From positions 916,668 through 980,667 of the forward strand of contig OZ246394.1 of NCBI GenBank assembly GCA_965230895.1: a DNA stretch of 64,000 bases, in the 5' to 3' direction. The translations under genes were made by a program, and so were the position numbers. Below, piece by piece: positions 40,270-50,165 of this stretch (positions within the stretch are counted from its first letter, which is position 1; the number at the start of each line of letters is the position of its first letter). The notes below the pieces were generated by a model that did not search any database, was not told the DNA's origin, and saw only the letters and a program-made list of their open reading frames with translations. The stretch comes from an uncultured Gammaproteobacteria bacterium. Lineage in GTDB: Bacteria; Patescibacteriota; Microgenomatia; Levybacterales; UBA12049.

Positions 40270-40821
40270 CTATTGTACCTCAACTCGTCCAACATCCATG
40301 AGCCAGCCAGCATGCTGTGCGGTTTGCGTAGCGCCCCATACTTTTACTTTTTGATCTACGAACTTTGAAAGATCAACTGTTGAAGAAGTCATATACACAT
40401 TTTGACTTTCACCACCTGGACGCTCTAAATGATATTGCCCTTCTCCTTCGATACCGCCTTCTTTGAGTGTTCCTTCAGCTGTATCTTTATATGCCGATGT
40501 GTCATCGGAGCCAAAAGTTTCACCTTTCGCTGGAGCATTCGGATTGAGCGCACTTGGTACAACACTCTTTTGTCCAGGCTTGGATGTAAAAGCTGCAACT
40601 CCATATCCTGTTCCAACACCAAGAGCAGCCATCACTAAAAGTACAACGAGAATTTGGATTGTTGATGGTGCTTTTTTTGTCTCCTTAAATGATTGCATCG
40701 TTGGTCCTGACTGTTTGCCATCAAATGCAGATTTTGAAGCAGTTGATCCATCTGTCTTTGAAGCAGATGAACTTGAAGCTGGGGCTGCTGTTGATGGTTT
40801 TGGTGTTTCTTTATTTTCCAT
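40270..40821 (-). CDS. Hypothetical single-TM protein with a low-complexity N-terminus and a 110-aa extracytoplasmic C-terminal domain
   Basis: 183 aa, TM IQILVVLLVMAALGVGTGYGVAAF. It is the first gene of the ftsEX-containing operon. Confidence 0.4.
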   Translation of the reverse strand: MENKETPKPSTAAPASSSSASKTDGSTASKSAFDGKQSGPTMQSFKETKKAPSTIQILVVLLVMAALGVGTGYGVAAFTSKPGQKSVVPSALNPNAPAKGETFGSDDTSAYKDTAEGTLKEGGIEGEGQYHLERPGGESQNVYMTSSTVDLSKFVDQKVKVWGATQTAQHAGWLMDVGRVEVQ

Positions 40822-40911
40822 ACGGATTTCTTACCTAGCCGTTATCCTTAGTAAAACATATTTACCATCATTTGGCAACACTCGCAGATACGCTGGTATA
40901 ATACAACAATC

Positions 40912-41745
40912 TTGAATAATACGCACAAAGTTAAAATCATGGGAATTCTCAATGTAACTCCCAACTCATTTTCCGATGGAGGTCTTTATACAAATGTTCA
41001 TGCAGCTTTAAAAAGAACAGAAGTAATGCTTTATGAAGGTGCAGATATTATTGATATCGGGGGCGAATCAACAAGGCCAGGCTCAGAAACAGTAACTGAA
41101 ACAGAAGAACTGAAACGAGTTCTTCCTGTAATTAAAGCTATAAGAAAAGCATTTCCAAAGTGCATCTTATCAATTGATACAAACAAAGCGATAGTCGCAA
41201 AGGCAGCAATTGATGAAGGGTGCACAATAGTAAATAGTCTTGGAGGATTTAGTTTTGATAAAGAAATGGCACATATTGTGGCTGACTCTGGTTCACAATG
41301 CATTATCTACCATATAAAAGGTATCCCAAAGACAATGCAGAAAGGGGCAATAGCATATACAAATATCATCCAAGAGATTACACAGTTCTTTAGAGAACAG
41401 ATCGGAATTGGTATAGACGCAGGAATGAAACACGAGCAATTTATCATTGATCCCGGCATCGGATTTGGAAAAACAGTCGAACAGAATCTAGCAATAATTA
41501 GACACCTTCATGCGTTTGCATCACTTGATTGCCCAATCGCAATTGGTGTTTCAAGGAAGAGCCATTTAGGAGCAGTATTGAAAGAGCAGCTCAAGCTTGA
41601 TACACTTCCAACCGTTGATGAACGACTCGAAGCATCTTTAGCAGAGACAGCGGTTGCTATAATTAGTGGGGCAACGATAGTTAGAACCCATGATGTCCTA
41701 CAGACAAAGAAGTTTATAAGTGTTTTAGAATCAATAATTTCATGA
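40912..41745 (+). CDS. folP: Dihydropteroate synthase
   Basis: GILNVTPNSFSDGG, IIDIGGESTRPG, and a pterin-binding TIM-barrel pattern. Confidence 0.85.
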   Translation: MNNTHKVKIMGILNVTPNSFSDGGLYTNVHAALKRTEVMLYEGADIIDIGGESTRPGSETVTETEELKRVLPVIKAIRKAFPKCILSIDTNKAIVAKAAIDEGCTIVNSLGGFSFDKEMAHIVADSGSQCIIYHIKGIPKTMQKGAIAYTNIIQEITQFFREQIGIGIDAGMKHEQFIIDPGIGFGKTVEQNLAIIRHLHAFASLDCPIAIGVSRKSHLGAVLKEQLKLDTLPTVDERLEASLAETAVAIISGATIVRTHDVLQTKKFISVLESIIS

Positions 41746-42488
41746 ATATCCAACCATATAAAACAAACAAAATAGTTGCAGGAAATGATCTATACCAAGT
41801 CCTTGATGCTTCCTTGCCGAAACTTACTGAGAAGTCTGTCGTTGCAGTTACTTCGAAAATCGTTGGTATATGCGAAGGACGATTAGTTAAAGCGGGGACA
41901 CTTGAAGACAAATTCAAGCTTGCTGAAACTGAAGCAGATTATTATTTACCTCCAGGAGAGAACCAATATGGCATTATGCTTTCTATCAACCATAACCTTT
42001 TAGTCGCATCCGCTGGCATCGATGCTTCAAATAGCGATGGATATTTCAGCCTTTGGCCAAAAGACCCACAAAAAAGTGTTAATCAGATCAGAGAATATCT
42101 AACAAAAAAACATCAACTCAAACATGTCGGGGTTATTCTAACAGACAGTAAGCTCAGTCCGCTTCGCTGGGGAGTCACAGGATATGCTATTACACACAGT
42201 GGGTTCAAGGCTTTAAACAGCTATATTGGGACAGAGGATTTATTTGGACGAGAAATGCATATGGAACAGACAAATGTCATTGATTCACTCGCTTCAGCAT
42301 CTGTCGTTGTTATGGGAGAGGGCTCCGAGCAAACTCCACTTGCTGTAATCACTGATGTCCCTTTCATAGAGTTTCAAGATAGAAATCCGACCGAGAAAGA
42401 ACTCGATGCACTCAAAATAAATATTAAGGATGACGTCTATGCTTCAATGCTTTCGGCAGTTCCATGGAGGTCGAAAAGAAGAAAGTGA
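41742..42488 (+). CDS. CofE-family gamma-glutamyl ligase (F420-0:gamma-glutamyl ligase fold); candidate alternative folylpolyglutamate synthase (FolC2-like)
   Basis: VVAVTSKIVGICEGR, SAGIDASN, GVILTDSKLSPLRWGVTGYAITHSG, DLFGREM and VMGEGSEQTPLAVI match CofE block-for-block. Its start overlaps the folP stop by 4 nt. Confidence 0.7.
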   Translation: MNIQPYKTNKIVAGNDLYQVLDASLPKLTEKSVVAVTSKIVGICEGRLVKAGTLEDKFKLAETEADYYLPPGENQYGIMLSINHNLLVASAGIDASNSDGYFSLWPKDPQKSVNQIREYLTKKHQLKHVGVILTDSKLSPLRWGVTGYAITHSGFKALNSYIGTEDLFGREMHMEQTNVIDSLASASVVVMGEGSEQTPLAVITDVPFIEFQDRNPTEKELDALKINIKDDVYASMLSAVPWRSKRRK

Positions 42489-42905
42489 TCAAACCCATTT
42501 AATTCCAAATAAGGACATTTGCTCATGAGGCTGATGGCGAGCAACAAAAACATCCCTTTCTATCTCAAAGCTTAAAGGGATTTGTTCTCCAGGTTTTACA
42601 CGAGCAGCCAAGATTCGCTGCCGAAGCTCAAATCCCAACGATTCATTTTTCATACTAATCGCATCGACTACACCTCGTACTTTGCCGTCTGACTCATTAT
42701 TTGCATAGGCTGCGAGCTCATCTGCAAGTGATTCAACATGTAGTTCCTGCTGCAAACGATCTTTAGCCTCAGTAATTTTTCCAGGCTTCCGAAGCGACAT
42801 CAATGCAGAAGCCATTTTAAAAACTGTGCTAACCTCAACATCAGCTTCCAAATGTCTCTCCGTTTCAGGTGCCCGGAAAGAAGATCGTGGACGTTTTTCA
42901 ACCAT
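42489..42905 (-). CDS. Hypothetical protein (138 aa)
   Basis: ORF downstream of prfB. ATG chosen at 42905; the track start at 42941 is a TTG. Confidence 0.35.
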   Translation of the reverse strand: MVEKRPRSSFRAPETERHLEADVEVSTVFKMASALMSLRKPGKITEAKDRLQQELHVESLADELAAYANNESDGKVRGVVDAISMKNESLGFELRQRILAARVKPGEQIPLSFEIERDVFVARHQPHEQMSLFGIKWV

Positions 42906-42943
42906 AGCAAGAAGTATACCACTTACTATAAGTCTTATCAAGG

Positions 42944-43951
42944 TTAAGAGAGGCTGCGGAGTTCTTCTTCGATAAATTGATCTAAATCTCCATCCAGTAC
43001 TGCATCGGTATTTCCTGTTTCGACATTGGTACGAAGATCTTTTACCATCCTATATGGATGCAAAACATATGATCGGATTTGATTTCCCCAACCCGGGGTT
43101 TTGTAACCCCCTTTTAAAGCAGCTTCTTCCTTTTTTCTCTTCTCTTCTTCGATGGCCCAAAGCTTAGCTTTGAGAAGTTTCATCGCAAATTCACGATTTG
43201 CACCTTGATATCGTTCGGTTTGTGCAGTGACGACTATGCCTGAAGGTTTGTGCTTTAATCGAACAGCAGTTGAAACTTTATTGACATTTTGCCCACCATG
43301 TCCGCCTGAACGAAAAGCATCAAATTCTATATCATCATCTTTGATTTCAATTCCTGAATCTTGTACCAACTCAGGCAATACTTCAACCATGGCGAACGAT
43401 GTTTGACGAAGCGCATCAGCATTAAATGGCGACAAGCGAACCAAACGATGGACACCAGCTTCATGCTTTAAATATCCATACGCATACTTCCCTTCAACAG
43501 AAAGTGTGATACTTTTGAGACCGGCTTCTTCACCAGGTGTTTGATCCAAAATATCATATGCCCAACCTCTTTTTTCGAAAAACTTTGTATACATACGGAA
43601 AAGTATGGAAACCCAATCCATCGCTTCTGTCCCACCCTGGCCGGAATGAATTGCAAAGATGGCATTGGATTTATCATTGGGAGAAGAGAAGAACATCAAC
43701 AGCTCCATTTTCTTCAAGAGCTTTTCGACTTCATCGGTTTCACCTTCCTCCATCCATAATTCAAGAAGTTCTACTTCTTCAACTTCTTTTTGCAGCGAAG
43801 ACATCTCTTTCATTTTTGCAGCCGCGGTTTGGTGATCATCCCAAAAACCAGGCTTCATACTTTCTGCCTCAAGCTCACGAATCCGTTTACGCTTTTCGTC
43901 TGCATCGATCTTCTCAATTAATTTGGTAACACGATTCTTTAAATCATCCAT
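42944..43951 (-). CDS. prfB: Peptide chain release factor 2 (contiguous, no programmed frameshift)
   Basis: SPF tripeptide LSPFNA, GGQ motif [12 protein letters not shown]. Start chosen at MDDLKNRV (43951). The reading frame is uninterrupted. Confidence 0.85.
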   Translation of the reverse strand: MDDLKNRVTKLIEKIDADEKRKRIRELEAESMKPGFWDDHQTAAAKMKEMSSLQKEVEEVELLELWMEEGETDEVEKLLKKMELLMFFSSPNDKSNAIFAIHSGQGGTEAMDWVSILFRMYTKFFEKRGWAYDILDQTPGEEAGLKSITLSVEGKYAYGYLKHEAGVHRLVRLSPFNADALRQTSFAMVEVLPELVQDSGIEIKDDDIEFDAFRSGGHGGQNVNKVSTAVRLKHKPSGIVVTAQTERYQGANREFAMKLLKAKLWAIEEEKRKKEEAALKGGYKTPGWGNQIRSYVLHPYRMVKDLRTNVETGNTDAVLDGDLDQFIEEELRSLS

Positions 43952-44031
43952 AATCTGTACATTATACATGAGAGTTTTATGGCTGAGTGGAACGAAGTGT
44001 AATCGAAACCTTCGACTACGCTCAGGCATTA

Positions 44032-44346
44032 TTATTTTTCTCTATTCGTTATATTGTGGAGTTGTTCTTCAGAATAATCTCGGACACTTTGTAGATCTTC
44101 AGGGATTTTCTGGAATCTCTGGAAGAACCCGATAATGTCTCCTATCGTGACATTGCTTGCACTATCCGCTGCTTTTTCTGCTTGCTGTCCAATATCTGAT
44201 TGGATTTCGCCACTCACCTCTTGTGCTTTTTGTGTGCTTGCACCTTTCACGCCGACTGTTTGTTGAGCTAAGCCATAATAATTACTAACGCCATAAACAA
44301 TCGCAGCAAGAACCAAAAAAGCAAGGAGATTCCTCAGGACAGACAT
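44032..44346 (-). CDS. Small N-terminally anchored membrane protein
   Basis: 104 aa, [16 protein letters not shown]. Confidence 0.35.
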   Translation of the reverse strand: MSVLRNLLAFLVLAAIVYGVSNYYGLAQQTVGVKGASTQKAQEVSGEIQSDIGQQAEKAADSASNVTIGDIIGFFQRFQKIPEDLQSVRDYSEEQLHNITNREK

Positions 44347-44395
44347 ATAAGTAGTATAGCAAATATAATCCTGATCTTTACTTTGTTGACGATTT

Positions 44396-45454
44396 TTGAC
44401 ATACTTAGTTATGGATCACCATTTTTCTGTTGTAAACAACCCACACACCTTTCCTGACTTCCCACTTGCAGAGCTACACACGCATATAGGCTCAGCAATT
44501 AATCCATTCGTCTATTGGCAGATTGCGCATGAACAAGGAGAAAAACTTCCGAAGAAAGATTACCACGAATTTGTCGAACATATAACACTTTCTCCACATC
44601 GAAAAATGAAATTAAATGAATATCTCAAAAAGATTTATCATCCTGTTTTGGATAAATTAAGTTCTGGGACATTTGCTCTTGAAAAAGCTATGTACGAAAC
44701 CATGGGCGGTGCTTATAGAAATAATATTAAGCATATCGAAATCCGCGGCAATATCATGCGTCACAATAACAATGGCGAACAAGATTTAGATCATATCATT
44801 ATGGCAATGCTTCGTGGAATGGAACGAGCATTTCTCGAATATCCAAATCTTTCTGGTGGATATATCTTTTGTCTCGCTCGAGAATTTGATATTGAAAAAA
44901 ATGCAATTATTATTGAGAAAGCCATTAAGTATCGCAAACGTGGCGTTGTCGGGATAGATATCGCAGGGGGTACAAATCCAAATTTCAAACTCAAAGACTA
45001 TAAAGGACTTTTCCAAAAAGCAAAGCGCGCAGGACTCAATCTCACTGCACATACAGGAGAAACCAACGATGAAAATGATATGTGGGAAGCAATTGAATAT
45101 TTAAAACCAAAACGAATCGGTCATGGGATTAAAGCAGCCTATGATAAATCGTTGATGAAAGAACTTGTCAAGCAGGATATTGTTCTAGAAGTTTGCCCAC
45201 TGAGTAACCTGATGACCAAAGCAGTTGAAAACGAAGAAGAATTGAAATTTATTCTGCGGACATTCATTGATAATAATGTGAAATTTACCATCAATACAGA
45301 TTGGCCTGAAATGATTGCAGATGCGCATTTATGGAGACAGTTTGCATTTCTTCGGGATAAAGGGATTCTGACTGAAGAAGAACTAAAGCGCTGCAATAAG
45401 ATTGCCTTTGCCTCCGCTTTTGCTCCAAAAGGTGGCCTCAACGCGTACTTGTAG
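44396..45454 (+). CDS. Adenosine/adenine deaminase-family metal-dependent amidohydrolase
   Basis: ELHTHIGSAI (HxH), EVCPLSNLMT, TINTDWPE (resembling the DD/DP of the A_deaminase family). Confidence 0.55.
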   Translation: MTYLVMDHHFSVVNNPHTFPDFPLAELHTHIGSAINPFVYWQIAHEQGEKLPKKDYHEFVEHITLSPHRKMKLNEYLKKIYHPVLDKLSSGTFALEKAMYETMGGAYRNNIKHIEIRGNIMRHNNNGEQDLDHIIMAMLRGMERAFLEYPNLSGGYIFCLAREFDIEKNAIIIEKAIKYRKRGVVGIDIAGGTNPNFKLKDYKGLFQKAKRAGLNLTAHTGETNDENDMWEAIEYLKPKRIGHGIKAAYDKSLMKELVKQDIVLEVCPLSNLMTKAVENEEELKFILRTFIDNNVKFTINTDWPEMIADAHLWRQFAFLRDKGILTEEELKRCNKIAFASAFAPKGGLNAYL

Positions 45455-45466
45455 TATAATACTTCT

Positions 45467-46108
45467 ATGGACGAGAAAAATGTATGTACTATGTATATAG
45501 TCCGTCATGGACAATCAGTCGCAAACGCGCAAGGCAAACATGGCATGGACACACCATTGACCGAGACAGGCCGCGAGCAAGCGCGGGAAGCAGCTCAAAA
45601 ATTGAAAGATATTCACTTTGATGCCGCCTTCTCTTCTCCATTACAACGAGCTCACGAGACTGCACAGACTATTGCTGCAGAACATAATTTACTTATCACA
45701 ACCAGAGAAGCATTGCGCGAACGAAATGAAGGAACGCTCGATGGAAGGTTAAGTCATGAAGTTCGTGAAGAATTAAAAGATCTATACGAAATGCGCCACA
45801 CCCTTCCATATGAAGAATGGAAATCAGTAAAACTCACTGAAGGATATGAAAGTGATGAAGAATTAATGTCCCGATTCATTACAGAACTTCGAGAAATTGC
45901 TATCGCCTATCCTGGCAAAACTGTTCTTGTTGGAAGTCATGTTGGCTTAATGAAAACACTCCTTATCCATTTGGGAGAAGGAACCCATGCGACACTGAAA
46001 GGTCAGGCTTTTAAAAATACGGGTTACATTGTCCTTAAATCAGATGGTGTCGATTTCGAAGTTGCAGAAACATACGGAATCAACAAACCAGAAGACCAAT
46101 TAAAGTAA
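45467..46108 (+). CDS. Histidine phosphatase-family protein (phosphoglycerate mutase-like)
   Basis: YIVRHGQSVANAQG RHG motif, and a second His in GSHVGLM. Confidence 0.7.
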   Translation: MDEKNVCTMYIVRHGQSVANAQGKHGMDTPLTETGREQAREAAQKLKDIHFDAAFSSPLQRAHETAQTIAAEHNLLITTREALRERNEGTLDGRLSHEVREELKDLYEMRHTLPYEEWKSVKLTEGYESDEELMSRFITELREIAIAYPGKTVLVGSHVGLMKTLLIHLGEGTHATLKGQAFKNTGYIVLKSDGVDFEVAETYGINKPEDQLK

Positions 46109-46132
46109 TCCTCAAATGGTATAATCCAACCT

Positions 46133-46810
46133 ATGGTAGACAAATCAAACTGGACAGTTTCCAAACACGCAAACGAATATATCGAAGAGAATTTCATCCA
46201 ACCTGATGATGCGTTGGATTTCGCAATAAAGAATAGTAAGAAAAATAATCTCCCACCAATTCAAATCAATGCAGTTATCGGACGCATGCTCTATCTCCAA
46301 GCAAAATCAATCAATGCCAAAAGTATGCTGGAAATTGGAACACTCGGAGCTTACAGCACGATTTGGTTGGCAAAAGCATTACCTGAAGATGGAAAACTTA
46401 TCACTATTGAACATAATCCAAATTATGCAGCTGTTGCTCAGGAGAATATCGATCATGCCAATCTTTCTCCCCAGATTGAAATTCAACAAGGTGAAGCTTT
46501 GGAAGTCTTACCAAAAATAAATGAAACATTTGATCTCTTTTTTATTGACGCGCACAAGGAGGAATATACCCAATATGTTGAACACGCAATCCGAATGAGT
46601 CGTCCAGGAACAATTATCATTTGTGACAATGTGCTGAGAAATGGATGGGTTACCAAGGAAACTTTTGAAAAAGAATACTATGCAAAATTACATGAGTTCA
46701 ATCAATGGCTTGCAAAGAATGATCGACTCGAATCAACAATCATTCCCACAGTTCTGCCATTAAAAGATCGGGATTATGTGGATGGAATTAGTGTAAGTGT
46801 AGTTAAGTAA
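46133..46810 (+). CDS. Class I SAM-dependent O-methyltransferase (family 3, caffeoyl-CoA OMT-like)
   Basis: LEIGTLGAYSTIWLA...FIDAHKEEY pattern. Confidence 0.7.
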   Translation: MVDKSNWTVSKHANEYIEENFIQPDDALDFAIKNSKKNNLPPIQINAVIGRMLYLQAKSINAKSMLEIGTLGAYSTIWLAKALPEDGKLITIEHNPNYAAVAQENIDHANLSPQIEIQQGEALEVLPKINETFDLFFIDAHKEEYTQYVEHAIRMSRPGTIIICDNVLRNGWVTKETFEKEYYAKLHEFNQWLAKNDRLESTIIPTVLPLKDRDYVDGISVSVVK

Positions 46811-48961
46811 TTACAATGATGATGAAAGCTCACGGAGAAAAAGATTATAGTCGCCACTTTCGACTTTTCCATTATCATCAAGGTCTGTATTTATCGCAGG
46901 AACATGCACTTGGCAAACAGGTTTATTGAAAGGTGCATTCGGGTCACTAATAGGGAGCGGATTAATTACTCCATATCCACAATCAAGAAAAGCATTGTAA
47001 TCCATAACATTGATCAAGTTATCCCCTGTCACATCTCCTGCATTAAGCGAAATTTGAGAGAGAGCATTTTCTTCGTTAGAAACTAAGGAAATAACTACAT
47101 TCTTTTGTAAATACCTATCACTTTTAATGCGCATGCTATATGTCCCTGAAGAGAAATTACTTCCCAAATCGACTTTGCCTATAAAGTTTCCAGAAGCAAC
47201 ATCATAAGTGATGGTAGCTGATTTGCTAGCAACATTATTATTGGTACTATCAAAAAGACTTACTGATACATTCCGTTGCGGAGTTTGCGGAGATTTATTG
47301 CTTAAGCTTCCTCCTCCAGGATTTGAATTATCTCCTGATGAACCAATTCCATGAAGAGCAATTGTAAATGAAAGTATTGTAGAAGATCCCCCAAGATTTG
47401 GCGTTGTTGGAGTAATTGTTGAAGCACCTGTCGGTTGTGGTGTAAAAAATGGTGTTGGCGGAGTTGACCCAAAATTGATAGCTACTGTCGCTTGTGTTGC
47501 TATCGCTGTCTTTGTTTGCACTGAAATCTTGTTGTCCCCATCGAAAAATACCATGCCCGGCTCAAGTGCCGAATCCGCAAATGTTGTAGTTGCTGGGTTT
47601 GCATCGAGGAGGACAACATCACAGCTGTCTCCACTAGGACATTCTACTGGCGCAAGACGGATACTAACACCCTTAAAAATATTGGATGCAGGACGCTCCT
47701 GAAGAGGTAGATAGTCAAAAAAATTAATGAATTGATCGACACCATATGGTTGACGATATTCCAGATAATAATACTGCTTCTGGCCAGAAGCTGTCGTTGT
47801 GTTTCTTGGGATTTTAATAAGCTGAACCGATGAGGATGTCTGTTCTTGTGGAACAATCGTATATGTACCTGCAGATGTCACTTCCTGAATATTTCCTGAC
47901 GCATACCATCCTGCTGATTCTTTATGTACATTACTGATATGCCCCAAACCGCCACCTAGTGGCTCATACGGATCTCCCGCATCATCTATGCAGTTATTAC
48001 TGATCGTAACTCTTTTGCCAGAACTATCCGTGCAGGAAAAAGCATAAGCATGCCGGAGATAACCATCTGTCGTTTGTCCAGACCCATAGGGCAAAGTATG
48101 AGCAATTTCATGGAGAAAAACATGCTTGTACGAAGACACCGGATATGTAGGATCTGAGATAATAATATAGCTATTGTTCGCACTTGATAACCCGACAAAT
48201 CCCTTACATCCATTCGTCACAGGGAATACAAAAATGAATTTATCATATCCTGTCATATCTTTTCCTGCTTTTTGCGCTTCTTGTTTAGCGAGCTCTCCCC
48301 AATTCAGAATTTGTTCGTTTGCACATTCGGATTTAGGAGTACCAACAACAAGATCATAAGGAACGGTATACCACCCAAATACATCCCCATCAGGACTAGT
48401 TTTGCCTTGCAAATTGTATAAACCATAAGAAGCCTCTTTAAAATAGTTTTTAATGGAATCTGTGTCAGTAAAAATTGTCTTTTTTGTAGCATCTTGTGTA
48501 AATGGTTGCCTTGTATTATTTCTGAAGTTAAACAAGATCACAGCAGTTCTAATATTTTTAACTGTTGCGGCAGCTGTGACTTGAGATCGAGGTTCATCAA
48601 GGATTTGGACCGCGTTGAGGTCTTTGGCATCAACTGTTAATATATCCTTTTCGATTACGCCAGTGAGTTTCACGTGTGTATCTGGTGCAAATTGTAAAGG
48701 TTTTCCATTTGAAAAGCGTACTTGGAATGTTTTTTTATCCAGAGTTCTTAGTGAATACTCCATCGTTGATTTTCCGGATTCTTGGTCGAGAATAAAGATC
48801 GTAATGGTTCCCTCAATCGTTCTTGTTTCTGACTGCATAGATGCACGAGAACGGATGTCATTTCTTTCTGTTTGGAAAATGGTTATCGGTAAGATGACTA
48901 AGCCAATAAGTAAAATGCTCAGGACTACAAAAACTGGAGTATTACGGAATTTTCGCCCCAT
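46811..48961 (-). CDS. Membrane-anchored secreted Zn-metalloprotease-like protein (HExxH) with a Thr/Pro linker and a C-terminal dockerin-like Ca-binding repeat pair
   Basis: N-terminal TM. VFLHEIAHTL zincin motif. C-terminus GDVTGDNLINVMDYNAFLD...DLDDNGKVESGDYNLFLREL (two dockerin-type-I-like loops). Confidence 0.5.
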   Translation of the reverse strand: MGRKFRNTPVFVVLSILLIGLVILPITIFQTERNDIRSRASMQSETRTIEGTITIFILDQESGKSTMEYSLRTLDKKTFQVRFSNGKPLQFAPDTHVKLTGVIEKDILTVDAKDLNAVQILDEPRSQVTAAATVKNIRTAVILFNFRNNTRQPFTQDATKKTIFTDTDSIKNYFKEASYGLYNLQGKTSPDGDVFGWYTVPYDLVVGTPKSECANEQILNWGELAKQEAQKAGKDMTGYDKFIFVFPVTNGCKGFVGLSSANNSYIIISDPTYPVSSYKHVFLHEIAHTLPYGSGQTTDGYLRHAYAFSCTDSSGKRVTISNNCIDDAGDPYEPLGGGLGHISNVHKESAGWYASGNIQEVTSAGTYTIVPQEQTSSSVQLIKIPRNTTTASGQKQYYYLEYRQPYGVDQFINFFDYLPLQERPASNIFKGVSIRLAPVECPSGDSCDVVLLDANPATTTFADSALEPGMVFFDGDNKISVQTKTAIATQATVAINFGSTPPTPFFTPQPTGASTITPTTPNLGGSSTILSFTIALHGIGSSGDNSNPGGGSLSNKSPQTPQRNVSVSLFDSTNNNVASKSATITYDVASGNFIGKVDLGSNFSSGTYSMRIKSDRYLQKNVVISLVSNEENALSQISLNAGDVTGDNLINVMDYNAFLDCGYGVINPLPISDPNAPFNKPVCQVHVPAINTDLDDNGKVESGDYNLFLRELSSSL

Positions 48962-49012
48962 AAATCCATTATCGTAGCTTAGTGGAACAAAGTAAACTCT
49001 CTTGAAAGTAAT

Positions 49013-50152
49013 TTAATAATTTTCTCCAGCATTCGTGATGAGGAGTGAATGAGGATGGGATTCGGTGAGACTTGCTTGGGTGATTTGGAGAAATTGTGCT
49101 TTCTTTTGAAGTTCTGGAATTGATTTTGCACCCACATAGTACAAACCTGATTTGATTCCACCGATTGCTTGGTCGAGGACAGACTGGACAGAACCTTTGA
49201 CTGGAACTAAGCCTTCAACACCTTCCGCAACTAAAACTCGATCTTTATAATCTTTGCCATGATATTCGTCCTCGGATTTGATCTTGGTTCCTTTTTTCAT
49301 CGCACCAATTGAACCCATACCGCGATATTCTTTGAACACATATGATGATTTATTTTTCTGAAAAATGCTTTGGAAACGATGCGGAACTTGTGCTTTCGTC
49401 AACGTCACTTTCTTTCCAGGAGATTCTTTCGTTGAGGCGAAGAAGCTTCCCATCATTACAGCTGCCGCACCAGTCGCAAACGCTTTAACCATGTCACCTG
49501 AATATTTAATACCACCATCAGCAATAACCGGGATCCTTTTCTTCGAAGCACTGCGTACGACCTCAGTAAGCGCAGTAATTTGAGGAACTCCCATTCCTGA
49601 GATAATACGAGTTGTACAAATTGCACCCGGTCCCATACCAACTCGGAGACAATCTGCACCAGCTGCAATCAAAGCTTCAGCGCCATCAAATGTTGCGATA
49701 TTTCCACCCATGATATCGATCTTTGGATATTTTCCCTTAATAAACTTGATGGCATCGATGATTTGCTTGGTAAATCCGTGAGCAGAATCAACAACAAGCA
49801 ATGAAACATCTGCTTTGATCAATGCTTCAACCCGTTCCTGATAATTCCCACTTGCTCCAACCGCAGCACCAACGAAAAGCTTTTTCTTACGAACTGCACT
49901 GACATGTTTTGCTTGATCGTTGATTGAGAGATTGCGGTGAATAATACCAATCCCACCCATTTCTGCTAAAGCAATTGCAAGTTCGGATTCGGTAACAGTA
50001 TCCATCGGAGCGGAGACAAAAGGAGCGGTCAGTGTAATATTCTTTGTTAACTTCGTAGATAAATCGATGTCGCCCCGAGAAAAATCTGCATACCCTGGGA
50101 CAAGAAGAACGTCGTCAAAGGTCAAACCGAGAGGAAGAGTTTGCTTAACCAT
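49013..50152 (-). CDS. IMP dehydrogenase/GMP reductase-family TIM-barrel enzyme lacking the CBS subdomain
   Basis: GIGIIHRN, catalytic-Cys loop [19 protein letters not shown], 379 aa. Confidence 0.8.
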   Translation of the reverse strand: MVKQTLPLGLTFDDVLLVPGYADFSRGDIDLSTKLTKNITLTAPFVSAPMDTVTESELAIALAEMGGIGIIHRNLSINDQAKHVSAVRKKKLFVGAAVGASGNYQERVEALIKADVSLLVVDSAHGFTKQIIDAIKFIKGKYPKIDIMGGNIATFDGAEALIAAGADCLRVGMGPGAICTTRIISGMGVPQITALTEVVRSASKKRIPVIADGGIKYSGDMVKAFATGAAAVMMGSFFASTKESPGKKVTLTKAQVPHRFQSIFQKNKSSYVFKEYRGMGSIGAMKKGTKIKSEDEYHGKDYKDRVLVAEGVEGLVPVKGSVQSVLDQAIGGIKSGLYYVGAKSIPELQKKAQFLQITQASLTESHPHSLLITNAGENY

Positions 50153-50165
50153 AATTCAATTTATA

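Noticed and set aside
40463-40915. 150-aa plus-strand ORF antisense to the 40270-40821 gene
   Set aside because: It is generated by the Gly/Ser/Ala/Thr-rich low-complexity coding of the minus-strand gene, and there are no start signals.
42944-44029. Programmed +1 frameshift in prfB
   Set aside because: The RF2 reading frame is continuous from MDDLKNRV through the SPF and GGQ motifs. No CUU-UGA-C shift site or frame break is present.
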